Shown: positions 49,359-58,997, counted from the first letter of the whole stretch. The stretch is DNA of 61,007 bases, filler included, from 7 parts of 7 records of this genome joined end to end with filler, not necessarily neighbours in it; one strand, 5' to 3'. Made by a program: numbers and translations. Notes: generated by a model from the sequence alone, not told the origin.

Positions 49359-49416
49359 TTGACAGATCCCTTTCTTTCTCCCTAGAATCCCAGAGAGGAT
49401 GTTAATATCAATTAAC
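49359..49416 (+). promoter_or_regulatory. Sigma70-type promoter of the ABC operon with downstream palindromic operator
   Basis: TTGACA (49359-49364), 18 nt, TAGAAT (49383-49388); GTTAAT-ATCA-ATTAAC at 49401-49416. Confidence 0.7.
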
Positions 49417-49446
49417 TATCAGCGGTTCTCTCAGTATTGGACATAT

Positions 49447-50430
49447 ATGATTTACCTTAAAACGACTCTTCAATACATTTTGGTTCTGGCCATTATCCTT
49501 ATAATTAACTTCGCCCTTCCGAGAATCGCCCCCGGCGATCCCGCGATTTACCTCGTGGGCGACGATATTCAATTCATGACAGAGCAGCAGAGGCTTGAAG
49601 TCCTCAGAGAATTCAAGCTTGACATCCCCATCCCTGAGCAGTTCGCCAATTATATCAAAGGAATTTTCAGGAAGGACCTGGGCCTGTCCATCATATACGG
49701 CCGCCCGGTCTGGGAGGTCCTGAAATCGCGCCTGCCCTGGACCTTGCTCATCATGAGCCTCTCGTTGGTAAGCAGCGCGGCCTTAGGGATTCTCATAGGG
49801 GTATTCGGAGCCTGGAAGAGAGGAGGAGGCGGTGATATGGGCTCTCTTATCACTGTCATGACCTTGAGCTCCATCCCCCCTTTCTGGATCGCCATGCTGC
49901 TGATAACTCTTTTCTCGGCCACCCTGAACTGGCTGCCCTCCTTCGGAGCCTACGCCATTGCCGCCGTTCCCGGCACCTGGGCCTTTGTCGCCAGCGTATT
50001 GGAAAGAGCCGTTCTGCCCGTTCTCACTCTCACTCTGGTCAAAACGGGAGCCATGTTTCTTACCACGCGCTCATCCATGGTGATCGCCATGGAAGAGGAT
50101 TACGTGATGCTGGCCCATGCGAAGGGACTGAAAGAGTCCACTGTGATTTTCGCTCATGCCCTCAGGAACGCCATGCTCCCCATCTATTCCAACGTCATGA
50201 TGGGCTTGGGCGCCATGATAGGCGGAACGGCGGTCATAGAGACGGTCTTTTCCTACCCCGGACTGGGAAACACGATTTACGAAAGCGTGACCGCCCGGGA
50301 TTATTGCCTTCTGCAAGGCAGCTTTCTCGTCGTATCCATAAGCGTCCTTTTCTTCAATTTCATAGCGGATCTGGGATATCCGCTTCTCGATCCGAGAGTA
50401 AGAAGAAGCGCGGAAGGGAGGATACTATGA
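49447..50430 (+). CDS. Nickel/peptide ABC permease (NikB/DppB-like)
   Basis: PGDPA, DLGLS, RLPWTL, DYVMLAHAKGL...HALRNAMLP, IETVFSYPGLG. Confidence 0.92.
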   Translation: MIYLKTTLQYILVLAIILIINFALPRIAPGDPAIYLVGDDIQFMTEQQRLEVLREFKLDIPIPEQFANYIKGIFRKDLGLSIIYGRPVWEVLKSRLPWTLLIMSLSLVSSAALGILIGVFGAWKRGGGGDMGSLITVMTLSSIPPFWIAMLLITLFSATLNWLPSFGAYAIAAVPGTWAFVASVLERAVLPVLTLTLVKTGAMFLTTRSSMVIAMEEDYVMLAHAKGLKESTVIFAHALRNAMLPIYSNVMMGLGAMIGGTAVIETVFSYPGLGNTIYESVTARDYCLLQGSFLVVSISVLFFNFIADLGYPLLDPRVRRSAEGRIL

Positions 50431-52955
50431 AGTTTCTGGACTTTTCCGAGCCTGAGAGCAGATTCAGAAGCATAGGATTGCTGATACTGATGCTGTTCTT
50501 CATACTCAGCGTTTTCGCAGCAGTTCTCTCCCCTTACGATCCCTATCAACGTACCGGACTTCCTTTTGAGAGGCCGAGCCTCGAACACCCCCTGGGATGT
50601 AACGACGTAGGCCACGATTTGTTTTCCGAACTCCTTTACGGCGGGCGCATATCCCTGTTCATCGGCCTGTTCGCCTCTCTGTATTCCACTCTGGCGGCCA
50701 CAGTGCTGGCCCTGATATCAGGTTACTTCGGAGGCAGGACGGACCGCCTCATCATGAGATGCGTGGATGTGGTCATGTCTCTCCCTTTCCTGCCGCTGGT
50801 CATTGTCCTGGGGGTCTTCCTGGGACCGGGCATAAGCACTCAGATCATCGTCATCACCACGGTCATGTGGGCATCCCCCTGCCGTGAGCTCAGATCACAG
50901 GTCATGAAGATTCGAAGCAGCGGCTATGTGGATGCGTCAAAAGCCATGGGGGGGAGTTCGGGCAGAATCATTTTCAGACATGTTCTTCCCGAACTGATGC
51001 CCCTGATCGTCCCCCAGTTTGTCAGGGTTGTGCAGTCTGCCATCATGATCGAATCGTCCCTCAGTTTCCTGGGGCTGGGCGATCCGGTGTTGAAAAGCTG
51101 GGGCTCCATCCTGTTTTTCGCCAACACCAGGGCCGCTTTCCTGACAGGCGCCTGGATCAATTGGGTTCTGCCGCCGGGATTGTGCATAACACTGACGGTT
51201 CTGGGCTTTTCCCTGGTGGGTTTTTCCCTGAATGGTAAAACGGGTTTGGTATATCACAGCTTCGGCTCATACGCATTAAAGAGAGGGAGCAAGCCCCTGA
51301 TCCCCCCCGACGGCAGCGCCCGTCTGTCCCTGAGAGAGCTGTCCACGGCCTACAGCCCCGGAAAAAATGAGTTCCTGGCCGTTAACGGCGTCTCCCTGGA
51401 TATAGCTCCCGGAGAAATGCTTGGCCTGGTAGGCGAATCGGGCTGCGGTAAATCCACCATAGCCATGTCCATCCTGGGGCTGCTCAGGCATCCGACAGAA
51501 ATCCGCAGCGGCTGCATATGCCTGGACAGTGACGACCTTCTGGATCTGAAGGGACCGGAGATCGTAGCGCTTCGCGGAAAGCGGATGGCCTATATCCCGC
51601 AGAACGCCATGAACGCACTGAATCCGGTAATCACTGTGGAAGGCCAGTTGGCAGAGGCCGTCAAAGGTCCCCGGTATTCCGGCAGAGAAGAGAAATCCGC
51701 GAGGATTCGGGAGGTCCTGGAGCTGGTGGATATCCCCTTAGACCGGGCAGCTGCCTACAGCCACGAACTCTCCGGCGGGATGAAGCAGCGTATAGTCATC
51801 GCCATGGCCATAATCAACAATCCGGATTTCCTGATCGCCGACGAGCCGACGACGGGACTGGACGTGCTTGTGCAGGACGAGATCGTCCATCTCCTGATAC
51901 GCCTGAAGGAAAGGATGGGAATCAGCATACTGTTCATCACCCACGACCTCCCTTTGGTCATGAATCATGCGGATAAGCTGGCGGTCATGTACCAGGGCCG
52001 GATAGTAGACAGGGGAACACCCGAATCGGTCTACAATGATCCCACCCACGATCATACGAAAGAGCTCTTCAGAAACTTTCCCCGGCTTTTCGAAGAGAAA
52101 AGATGGAATCGTTTGGTTCCCGGCCATTCCTCCGAGCGGGCTCTTACCCTTTCCCATGTCAATAAGACCTTCCACAGCAAACGGGGGCTCCTGAGTAAAC
52201 ATCTTCCCCCCGTCCCAGCGGTGAGGGATGTCAGCTTATCCGTTATGCCCGGCGAAGTAGTCGGACTGATAGGCGGCAGCGGTTCAGGAAAATCAACGAT
52301 AGCCAGAATGATTCTGGGACTGGAAAGCATAGACTCCGGCCGGATAAGCATCGCCGGCCGGAATGCATCTGCCGGCAGCGCCTGGGAGCGGCAGCAGTTG
52401 AGACGGCAGATACACCTCGTGTTTCAGGATCCCTACGGCTCCATGAGAAACCACATGAAGATCGCTGACATTGTCGCCGAGCCCCTGCAGATCCAGGGGA
52501 TTTCAGATAAAGGCGAAAGGGAGCGCCTCGTCGCCGAAGCCCTGAGGGAAGTGAATCTGCCGCAGGACGCCGCCTTTGTGTCCAGAACTCCCGATGAGTT
52601 GTCGGGGGGGCAAAGGCAAAGGCTGTCCTTCGCCAGAGCGATTGCGGCCAAACCACGATTCATCATCGCCGACGAGCCGACCTCCATGCTGGACGTATCC
52701 CTGCGCTGCGGGCTTTTGGAGCTTATGGAGAAGCTGAGGGTTGATTACGGTGTCGGATTCCTTTTCATTACACACGACCTGTCGCTGGCCCGCCATTTCT
52801 GTGACAGGATCCTTGTCCTCAACCGGGGGAGCCTCCTCGAAGAAGGGGACTCGGACAGTGTCATATTCACACCGAGACATGACTATACCTTCCGCTTGAT
52901 CCATGCAGCAAAGGAGCCGGAACTGATGCGTCGTCCGGTGATTATGACTGTATGA
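50427..52955 (+). CDS. Fused ABC permease (NikC/DppC-like) plus two ATPase domains
   Basis: [47 protein letters not shown] and [22 protein letters not shown] in one frame; GGAGG RBS and ATGA overlap. Confidence 0.92.
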   Translation: MKFLDFSEPESRFRSIGLLILMLFFILSVFAAVLSPYDPYQRTGLPFERPSLEHPLGCNDVGHDLFSELLYGGRISLFIGLFASLYSTLAATVLALISGYFGGRTDRLIMRCVDVVMSLPFLPLVIVLGVFLGPGISTQIIVITTVMWASPCRELRSQVMKIRSSGYVDASKAMGGSSGRIIFRHVLPELMPLIVPQFVRVVQSAIMIESSLSFLGLGDPVLKSWGSILFFANTRAAFLTGAWINWVLPPGLCITLTVLGFSLVGFSLNGKTGLVYHSFGSYALKRGSKPLIPPDGSARLSLRELSTAYSPGKNEFLAVNGVSLDIAPGEMLGLVGESGCGKSTIAMSILGLLRHPTEIRSGCICLDSDDLLDLKGPEIVALRGKRMAYIPQNAMNALNPVITVEGQLAEAVKGPRYSGREEKSARIREVLELVDIPLDRAAAYSHELSGGMKQRIVIAMAIINNPDFLIADEPTTGLDVLVQDEIVHLLIRLKERMGISILFITHDLPLVMNHADKLAVMYQGRIVDRGTPESVYNDPTHDHTKELFRNFPRLFEEKRWNRLVPGHSSERALTLSHVNKTFHSKRGLLSKHLPPVPAVRDVSLSVMPGEVVGLIGGSGSGKSTIARMILGLESIDSGRISIAGRNASAGSAWERQQLRRQIHLVFQDPYGSMRNHMKIADIVAEPLQIQGISDKGERERLVAEALREVNLPQDAAFVSRTPDELSGGQRQRLSFARAIAAKPRFIIADEPTSMLDVSLRCGLLELMEKLRVDYGVGFLFITHDLSLARHFCDRILVLNRGSLLEEGDSDSVIFTPRHDYTFRLIHAAKEPELMRRPVIMTV

Positions 52956-54736
52956 GACTGCCCGCTGGATGCTTCGGATTCCTGGCGTTTCTGTTTCTTA
53001 CGGCGCCCTTGCCGTCTGTCCGGGCCCACGTAATAGATGACATAGCTTTCAACAGCGCTATTTCCTTAAATGAAGATGATATATCCCTTTGCCTGACGGT
53101 CTACGCAGGGATGATGTTCGGCGGCTTTTATCTGGAGATGTTGGATGGGGACAAAAACAGCGTTACAGACGGAGAGGAAACGGCGGTGTTTTCCGAATAC
53201 GTTCTGAACCGCATCAGGCTGAGAATCAACGGCGAAGCCGTATCCCCCGTTTTAACAAAACATGAGGTTTCATCCGTACAGGAATTCATGACGGGCCTGG
53301 GAACGATCAGGATGGTATACAGGGCAGCCTACCCCAAAGGCAGCGACTCCCTCATCAGCCTTTACTATGAAAACTGCCTCGAACCGGAGGCGGCGATCTA
53401 CTCGCTTTCCGTATCGAGATCGGACGACGCCCCCTACGAAATCATCAGGGAGGAGAGAAACGAAGTCCTTCAGGATCTTGTGGAGCTTGACCTGGCTCCC
53501 CCGGGGACACGGATGCTTCCGCCATCCGGAATCACGGAAAACCTGCCGGCGGCAAAGCCGAATCCATCGCCGGGGAAGCCGCCCCTTGCAGAGCCTGCCT
53601 TACAGGAGACCATAACTGAGCAGTCGGGAACTGTGCCGGGGGCGCAGCGCCTGGTATCGCTTTTGAAGTCAGGAGACTTCAGCGTCCTCATCCTGCTCGC
53701 GCTGGCTGTGGGAGTAGGCTTTCTCCACGCCTTTGCACCGGGGCACGGCAAATCCCTGGTAGGAGCCTATCTGGTCGCCAATGAAGGAACTCTCATTCAA
53801 GCTGCGGGATTGGGGCTGGTGGTCACCATGACCCATACCCTGAGCATATACATTCTGGGATTGCTTTCTTCTGCTGCGGCCTACGTATTCATGCCCTCGG
53901 AAATCATCCCGGCGGCCTCTGTCTTCTCGGGGGTCCTGATCATCGCCATAGCGCTCTGGAACGGTGTATCCAGATTCTTGGGGCTGCAAACGGATCACGC
54001 CCATATCCTTCCGAATCTGAGAATACTGAAAAGCAATGGGGTGAATATCATCTTAGACGGCAGCGCCGCCGACGCTGCGGATTTCCTGGTCCTGGAGTCG
54101 GAAGGGGAAGCGTTCCGCGAGATGATGGACGCCGCCGGGGCCGAAGGAATCAACATATGTTCTCCGGGATGCGAAACCCACAGGTACACCCCGCGGATCC
54201 TGGCCGAAAGGCAGAGCTTCCAGCTGATGAAACTGGCCATGGAGACAGGCGCCGTCGAAGCGGTGGTCAGCAAAAGAAAAAGTATCAGGACGGGTTTGGA
54301 GCGGATAAAGAACTCAGGCCCCGTACGCATCGAAAAGGATCTCCGGAACTCGGATGAGGCCGCGGCCCTCCTGAAAAGCGCCCTCCGCAATTACTGCCGG
54401 AGAGGAGAAGTGAGGATTCCCGAAAAGGACAGGCTGTCCTGGCAAAGGATCGTCCCGCTGGGAATTGCCGGAGGCATGGTCCCCTGTCCCGACGCTTTGG
54501 CCGTTCTTATCATAAGCATGTCGATGGGGCGGCTGTTTCTGGGCATGCAGATCGTCCTGGCCTTTTCGACTGGCCTTGCGGTCGCGTTGATGCTCATAGG
54601 CTCGACGGTGGTTCTGACAGGCAGGGCGGTATCGGGAGCGAGGCGTTTCCCATCCCTATCCCGGGCTTTGCCCTGGCTTTCGACGATCTTCCTGATCGGA
54701 CTGGGGACGCTGTTGATACTGACGAACATAAGCTGA
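52952..54736 (+). CDS. RcnA/NiCoT-family Ni/Co transporter-like protein with N-terminal exported domain and internal insert
   Basis: Signal peptide ending VRA-H; GFLHAFAPGHGKS, THT, GMVPCPDAL, FSTGLA motifs. Confidence 0.85.
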   Translation: MRLPAGCFGFLAFLFLTAPLPSVRAHVIDDIAFNSAISLNEDDISLCLTVYAGMMFGGFYLEMLDGDKNSVTDGEETAVFSEYVLNRIRLRINGEAVSPVLTKHEVSSVQEFMTGLGTIRMVYRAAYPKGSDSLISLYYENCLEPEAAIYSLSVSRSDDAPYEIIREERNEVLQDLVELDLAPPGTRMLPPSGITENLPAAKPNPSPGKPPLAEPALQETITEQSGTVPGAQRLVSLLKSGDFSVLILLALAVGVGFLHAFAPGHGKSLVGAYLVANEGTLIQAAGLGLVVTMTHTLSIYILGLLSSAAAYVFMPSEIIPAASVFSGVLIIAIALWNGVSRFLGLQTDHAHILPNLRILKSNGVNIILDGSAADAADFLVLESEGEAFREMMDAAGAEGINICSPGCETHRYTPRILAERQSFQLMKLAMETGAVEAVVSKRKSIRTGLERIKNSGPVRIEKDLRNSDEAAALLKSALRNYCRRGEVRIPEKDRLSWQRIVPLGIAGGMVPCPDALAVLIISMSMGRLFLGMQIVLAFSTGLAVALMLIGSTVVLTGRAVSGARRFPSLSRALPWLSTIFLIGLGTLLILTNIS

Positions 54737-54813
54737 CGGAGCTCTCCGTCCGCAGGCTCGGAAGAATGGATCCCGGGCCCTGATCTTACGTAAAGAATTC
54801 TGGAGGAAATGCG

Positions 54814-55584
54814 ATGAAGAAAATAGCGGTTTGCGGCAAAGGGGGAGTAGGCAAAACGACCTTCTCCTCACTGCTGGTTCACGCTCTGGCTGAAGAGGGC
54901 GGCACGGTCTATGCGATAGACGCCGATCCCAATCCCACGCTGGCGGAGGCCCTGGGCCTGCCCCCTGAAACGGTTGAGGACATCACCCCTATCATCGATA
55001 TGAAAGAGTTGATTGAAGAAAGGACGGGAGCGAAAGACGGCGAGTACGGGAGCTACTTCAAAATGAATCCCCGGGTCAGGGACATCCCCGCCGGATACTC
55101 TGTCAGAAAGGACAACATCAGCTACCTTCAGATGGGCTGTATGAAAGGGGCGGACAAAGGCTGCGCCTGCGCCCAGAACACCCTGCTCCGCGCCCTGGTG
55201 ACCCACCTGATGGTCAAGGAAAAGGAAACAGTCGTCATGGATATGGTCGCCGGTACCGAGCACATGGGACGGGGCACGGCGAAGTCCGTGGACGCCATGA
55301 TCATAGTGGTGGAGCCCGGAGCCCGCAGCATCAAAGCGGCAAAAGAGTTCGCGCGGATGGCTAAGGATCTGGGGATAAGGAAGATCTTCGCCGTGGGGAA
55401 CAAGGTCTGCGGCGCGGAGGACGAAAGCTACATCGCCGGAAAGATGGAGGGTTTCGATATCCTGGGCTTTCTTCCCCATACACCCGATGCGGTTAAGGCC
55501 GAAAGAAGCGGAGCGGTCCTTTACGAGTCGGCGCCCCATATGAAGGAAAAGGTCATGTCCATAGTGAAGAACCTTTGCCGGTAA
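54814..55584 (+). CDS. cooC: CooC/AcsF-type nickel-insertion ATPase
   Basis: GKGGVGKTT, DADPN, GCAC (CxC Ni site), DMVAGTEHMGRG, GNK. Confidence 0.9.
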   Translation: MKKIAVCGKGGVGKTTFSSLLVHALAEEGGTVYAIDADPNPTLAEALGLPPETVEDITPIIDMKELIEERTGAKDGEYGSYFKMNPRVRDIPAGYSVRKDNISYLQMGCMKGADKGCACAQNTLLRALVTHLMVKEKETVVMDMVAGTEHMGRGTAKSVDAMIIVVEPGARSIKAAKEFARMAKDLGIRKIFAVGNKVCGAEDESYIAGKMEGFDILGFLPHTPDAVKAERSGAVLYESAPHMKEKVMSIVKNLCR

Positions 55585-55651
55585 AACTGCACAATTTCGC
55601 TTCCTCCCATCCGGAATCTCCGACGGGACGGAGCGGTATAAGGAGAATTCA

Positions 55652-57319
55652 ATGAAAAGGTTTCTAGGCGCAGCATTCTTGCTGCTGACAATCACGGCCC
55701 TCCCCGCATTCGCAGGGGGAAGCCAGGAAGAACCGACGGAGTCCGTTAAGGGCCCGCAGAGAGCCGACAAGCTGACCCTGGGCATTTACAATGATGCCGG
55801 TAATGTAACGATCTGGGGCGGAGGGGCGTACAGTCCCTGGGTTCTCGACTCGGTCTGCGAGAGGCTGACGGGCCCCAATCCCTACGGCGACGAACTGGAA
55901 ATGGTTCTTGCCGAGTACGTCAAGCCGGTATCGGAGGACAACAGGGTGTGGGAAATCAAGCTCAAGGAAGGCATACTCTGGCATGACGGCACCCCCCTGA
56001 CCTCGGAAGACGTGAAGTTCACAATCGACTACAACAGGGAAGGCCCCTCCAACAACCGGTATTCCCACCATACCAGCGCCGTCCCCCGGCTCCCGGGCGA
56101 AGGGATCACCATCGTCGACGAGCTGACCCTGAGGGTCACCGGCGCTTTCCCCATGCCCTATTTCGATAGAGAACCTTGCGCCGAACTGCCCATCGTCCAG
56201 AAAGCTCAATGGGAAGGCGTCACAGATCCCCGCCAGTTCACCGGAAAATCCATCGGTACCGGCCCCTACAGACTGACTGATTACAAGGTGGGAGAATACT
56301 ATAAGCTTGAAGCCAATGAGAGCTATCACATGGGCGAGCCTCTGGTGGGCGAACTCAATCTGGTCGTCATCAAAGACATGTCCACCATGTTCACGGCTCT
56401 TAAAAGCGGCGAGATCGACGGAGCCGCCAGAACCGTACCGGTAGAGCTGGTGTCGGAATGGAAAAACAACAAAGACATGGGTATTATCGAAGTCCCCTAT
56501 ATGTGGAGCGCATGCATCACCCTCGATACTAAGAATCAGCCCTTCGCAAATCTGGATGTCCGCCAGGCGATCAGCCACACCATCAACAGGAACGAACTTC
56601 TGGAAATCGTCGCCCTGGGCAATGGGATAAGCGCCACATGCGGATACCCCCATCCCGCGGCTTTTCATACCAACCCCGAAAACTCCCAGCCTTATGACCC
56701 CGCCAAGGCGAAAGCGATGTTCGATGAAATGGGCTACGTCGATATCAACGGCGACGGATTCAGAGAGAATCCCGACGGCACCCCCCTGAACTGGAGGATC
56801 ATCGCCGAGACCAGTCAGCCTTTGTATGTAAGGGCCGGCGAAATCGTAGTGGAGCATTTCGAAGAAATCGGTATAAAAGCCCACGTCCAGGCTCTGGAGA
56901 AAGCGGCCTTTTCCGAGCTTTTATGGAAGAAGGGAAACTACAACATGTCCATTGGGGAATTCGTACCTCACGGCGTAGCCGACGACGATATGATGATGGT
57001 CCTCCAGTACGGTGAAAAAAAGACTGACCTGGTGCCCTATCCGGAACGGGATGCCGCCTTGGAAGCATGGAAAAAGGCGGGGACGAAAGAAACCAGGCTT
57101 CAGGCTTCCTATGATCTGCAGGAACTCATCAACAAACATCCCAAAAGGGTCATGCTCTGGTACCCTAACGGCTTCTTCGCTTACAACAAGACCGTCTACG
57201 ACAACTACTCCATCGTCAAAGGTTACAATATCTTCAACAAGTATTCCTTCATCCCCAACGAAGCCCGGAAAGGCTTCGTCCTGGAAGACTATCCCCAGGA
57301 CGGACTGGACAGGATGTAA
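55652..57319 (+). CDS. Family-5 ABC substrate-binding protein (nickel/peptide/metallophore)
   Basis: Spirochaete-style leader AFAGGSQE; WHDGTPLTSEDVKFT, GTGPY, VRQAI, YDPAKAK, DGFRE. Confidence 0.92.
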   Translation: MKRFLGAAFLLLTITALPAFAGGSQEEPTESVKGPQRADKLTLGIYNDAGNVTIWGGGAYSPWVLDSVCERLTGPNPYGDELEMVLAEYVKPVSEDNRVWEIKLKEGILWHDGTPLTSEDVKFTIDYNREGPSNNRYSHHTSAVPRLPGEGITIVDELTLRVTGAFPMPYFDREPCAELPIVQKAQWEGVTDPRQFTGKSIGTGPYRLTDYKVGEYYKLEANESYHMGEPLVGELNLVVIKDMSTMFTALKSGEIDGAARTVPVELVSEWKNNKDMGIIEVPYMWSACITLDTKNQPFANLDVRQAISHTINRNELLEIVALGNGISATCGYPHPAAFHTNPENSQPYDPAKAKAMFDEMGYVDINGDGFRENPDGTPLNWRIIAETSQPLYVRAGEIVVEHFEEIGIKAHVQALEKAAFSELLWKKGNYNMSIGEFVPHGVADDDMMMVLQYGEKKTDLVPYPERDAALEAWKKAGTKETRLQASYDLQELINKHPKRVMLWYPNGFFAYNKTVYDNYSIVKGYNIFNKYSFIPNEARKGFVLEDYPQDGLDRM

Positions 57320-57332
57320 TCGCTAAAGCGTC

Positions 57333-57360
57333 TGGCCGGCCGGATTAATTCGGCCGGTCG
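57333..57360 (+). other. GC-rich stem-loop after the binding-protein gene
   Basis: TGGCCGGCCGGA-TTAA-TTCGGCCGGTCG; no T-tail, so possibly an mRNA stabiliser. Confidence 0.45.
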
Positions 57361-57383
57361 TATGCATCCCGCCGGAGATCCGA

Positions 57384-57659
57384 ATGAAAGCGGATAATTA
57401 TTCAATGGAGAGGAAGGTAATGAGAATAGGCGTCATGGGCATAGCCATCAGAAGGGAAGAAGTCATCCAACAGGTCAACAGGATCATTTCAGAAAACAGC
57501 AGCATCGTCATCGGAAGGATGGGTCTCCCCGTGTCGGAAAGCAATGTGAACATGATATCCCTGGTCATCAGAGGAGACACCGACAGGATCGGCAGCATGG
57601 CCGGTAAAATCGGATTGCTCAGAGGGGTGCAGATTAAATCCATGCTAATGAAAGAGTAA
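57384..57659 (+). CDS. TM1266-family ACT-like protein (iron-only hydrogenase system regulator family)
   Basis: RIGVMGI, VNRIISE, IGRMGLP, ISLVI.G, GKIG.L.GV.IKS; start may be a later Met. Confidence 0.8.
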   Translation: MKADNYSMERKVMRIGVMGIAIRREEVIQQVNRIISENSSIVIGRMGLPVSESNVNMISLVIRGDTDRIGSMAGKIGLLRGVQIKSMLMKE

Positions 57660-57758
57660 CTTCCATGCGTATAGGGACATAGCTTATTCCGCAGCGTGAG
57701 CGAATGGCAACGGAGTCGGTTATGATTTCCCAAAAACCGTCTTTATTCGCATCAGTCT

Positions 57759-58847
57759 TCATATGGAGTGTTGTTTCCTCATATCCCTCACAGACCGTCT
57801 CTTCATCAGCCGGGGCTCGATCACCGTGTTCGACCTGATCCCCAGATCGGGATTCCGGATCTGCTCGATGATCAGCTTGGCGGCCAGATGGCCGATATAG
57901 GCTCCCGGATGCTCGAAGGAGCTCAGCGAGATCTGATCCATCCGGGCCATCTCGGAGTTGTCAAAGGCGATGACCGACAGATCATCGGGAACCCGGATCC
58001 CCATTTCGGAGGCGATGCGGATAAGCGTCAGAGCCTCTTCATCGTTGGTGCATATGACGGCGCTCGGCCGGGTTTGCCCTTCGAAGACACGGGGAGCCAT
58101 CTCGCCGGCCGTGCTTCTCTCCCCCTGTCCCTTAATGCCCACCATAGGGACTTCCCCGGGAGAGATCCCCATCTCTTTCAAAAAGGCGAGGGCCCCCTCT
58201 TTCCGCCTGACCTTGGTCAGATAATCGATCTGATAGAAGATGCTGATGTCCCTGTGTCCCAGTTCCCAGAGGTATTTCGCCGCCTCGTAACCGGCGCGAT
58301 GATCATCCATCCTTATGGAGCTGAAGGGATGGGAAGGGTACTCATTGTCCAGGAGGAAGATAGGCATGCCCTCTTCTTTCATGGACATAAGAAGGTCGAT
58401 GTTCGATTCCCCGGAACCTGAGTACACAGGCTCGATAATGATGCCGTCCACCCTCTTCTCCCTCAGGACCTGGAGGACCTCCCGTTCGCGGCTCAGGTCA
58501 TACTCAGATTGGTTGAGCATCAACTGGAACCCCTCCCGGTAGAGGACCTGATCGCAGCCCTTGATGATTCTGGGAAAGATATACGAGTCGCTGAAGAAAC
58601 AGACAAAGCCGATGTTCCGGCTCTCTTCGGGATTGACCGATTTTCTCCGGCAAAACGTTCCGATCCCCTTCTGGCTCTCCGTTATCCCCTCCCGGCCGAG
58701 GAGATCGATCGCCTGCCTCACCGCATTGCGGGAAACACCGAACTGGCGGGTCAGTTCGCTTTCCGAAGGGATCTTGTCTCCGGGATGGATATTGCCGCTG
58801 CTGATTTCGTCACGTACCCATTGGGCGACCACTTCATATTTTTTCAT
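57759..58847 (-). CDS. araR: AraR-type repressor (GntR HTH plus LacI-type sugar-binding domain)
   Basis: [48 protein letters not shown]; divergent from araA. Confidence 0.85.
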   Translation of the reverse strand: MKKYEVVAQWVRDEISSGNIHPGDKIPSESELTRQFGVSRNAVRQAIDLLGREGITESQKGIGTFCRRKSVNPEESRNIGFVCFFSDSYIFPRIIKGCDQVLYREGFQLMLNQSEYDLSREREVLQVLREKRVDGIIIEPVYSGSGESNIDLLMSMKEEGMPIFLLDNEYPSHPFSSIRMDDHRAGYEAAKYLWELGHRDISIFYQIDYLTKVRRKEGALAFLKEMGISPGEVPMVGIKGQGERSTAGEMAPRVFEGQTRPSAVICTNDEEALTLIRIASEMGIRVPDDLSVIAFDNSEMARMDQISLSSFEHPGAYIGHLAAKLIIEQIRNPDLGIRSNTVIEPRLMKRRSVRDMRKQHSI

Positions 58848-58955
58848 ATAGGTACAACTTGTTCCTTTTTTTGGACTCATTTCATTATATTTCAATCTTT
58901 TTTGCTGTCAATAGCGCTTTTCTGTTTGACTAAAAGGACAAGCTATACCTACAAT
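58846..58955. promoter_or_regulatory. Divergent araR/araA promoters with two AraR-like operators
   Basis: Minus TTGACA(58911-58906)-16-TATAAT(58889-58884); plus TTGACT(58926-58931)-18-TACAAT(58950-58955); sites AGTTGTACCTATAT (minus, 58859-58846) and AGCTATACCTACAAT (58941-58955) resemble the Bacillus AraR box TTGTACGTACAA. Confidence 0.7.
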
Positions 58956-58997
58956 ATCAGCAATAAAAGAATATGCTGTACCATAAAGAGGTTGATA

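Noticed and set aside
55664-56884. Long antisense ORFs (also 1073-2143, 2263-3273, 27990-28964, 44197-45081, 54868-55785, 59046-59843)
   Set aside because: They lie opposite well-supported genes, show no motifs, and are expected in GC-rich coding DNA.
39453-57659. Functional link between pylT or the methanogen genes and the nitrogenase-like cluster
   Set aside because: They are separated by an artificial spacer (44092-44191) and come from different organisms.
58509-58997. N-terminal extension making AraA 658 aa
   Set aside because: It overlaps araR and the promoter region. AraA homology and the RBS begin at ATG 58998.
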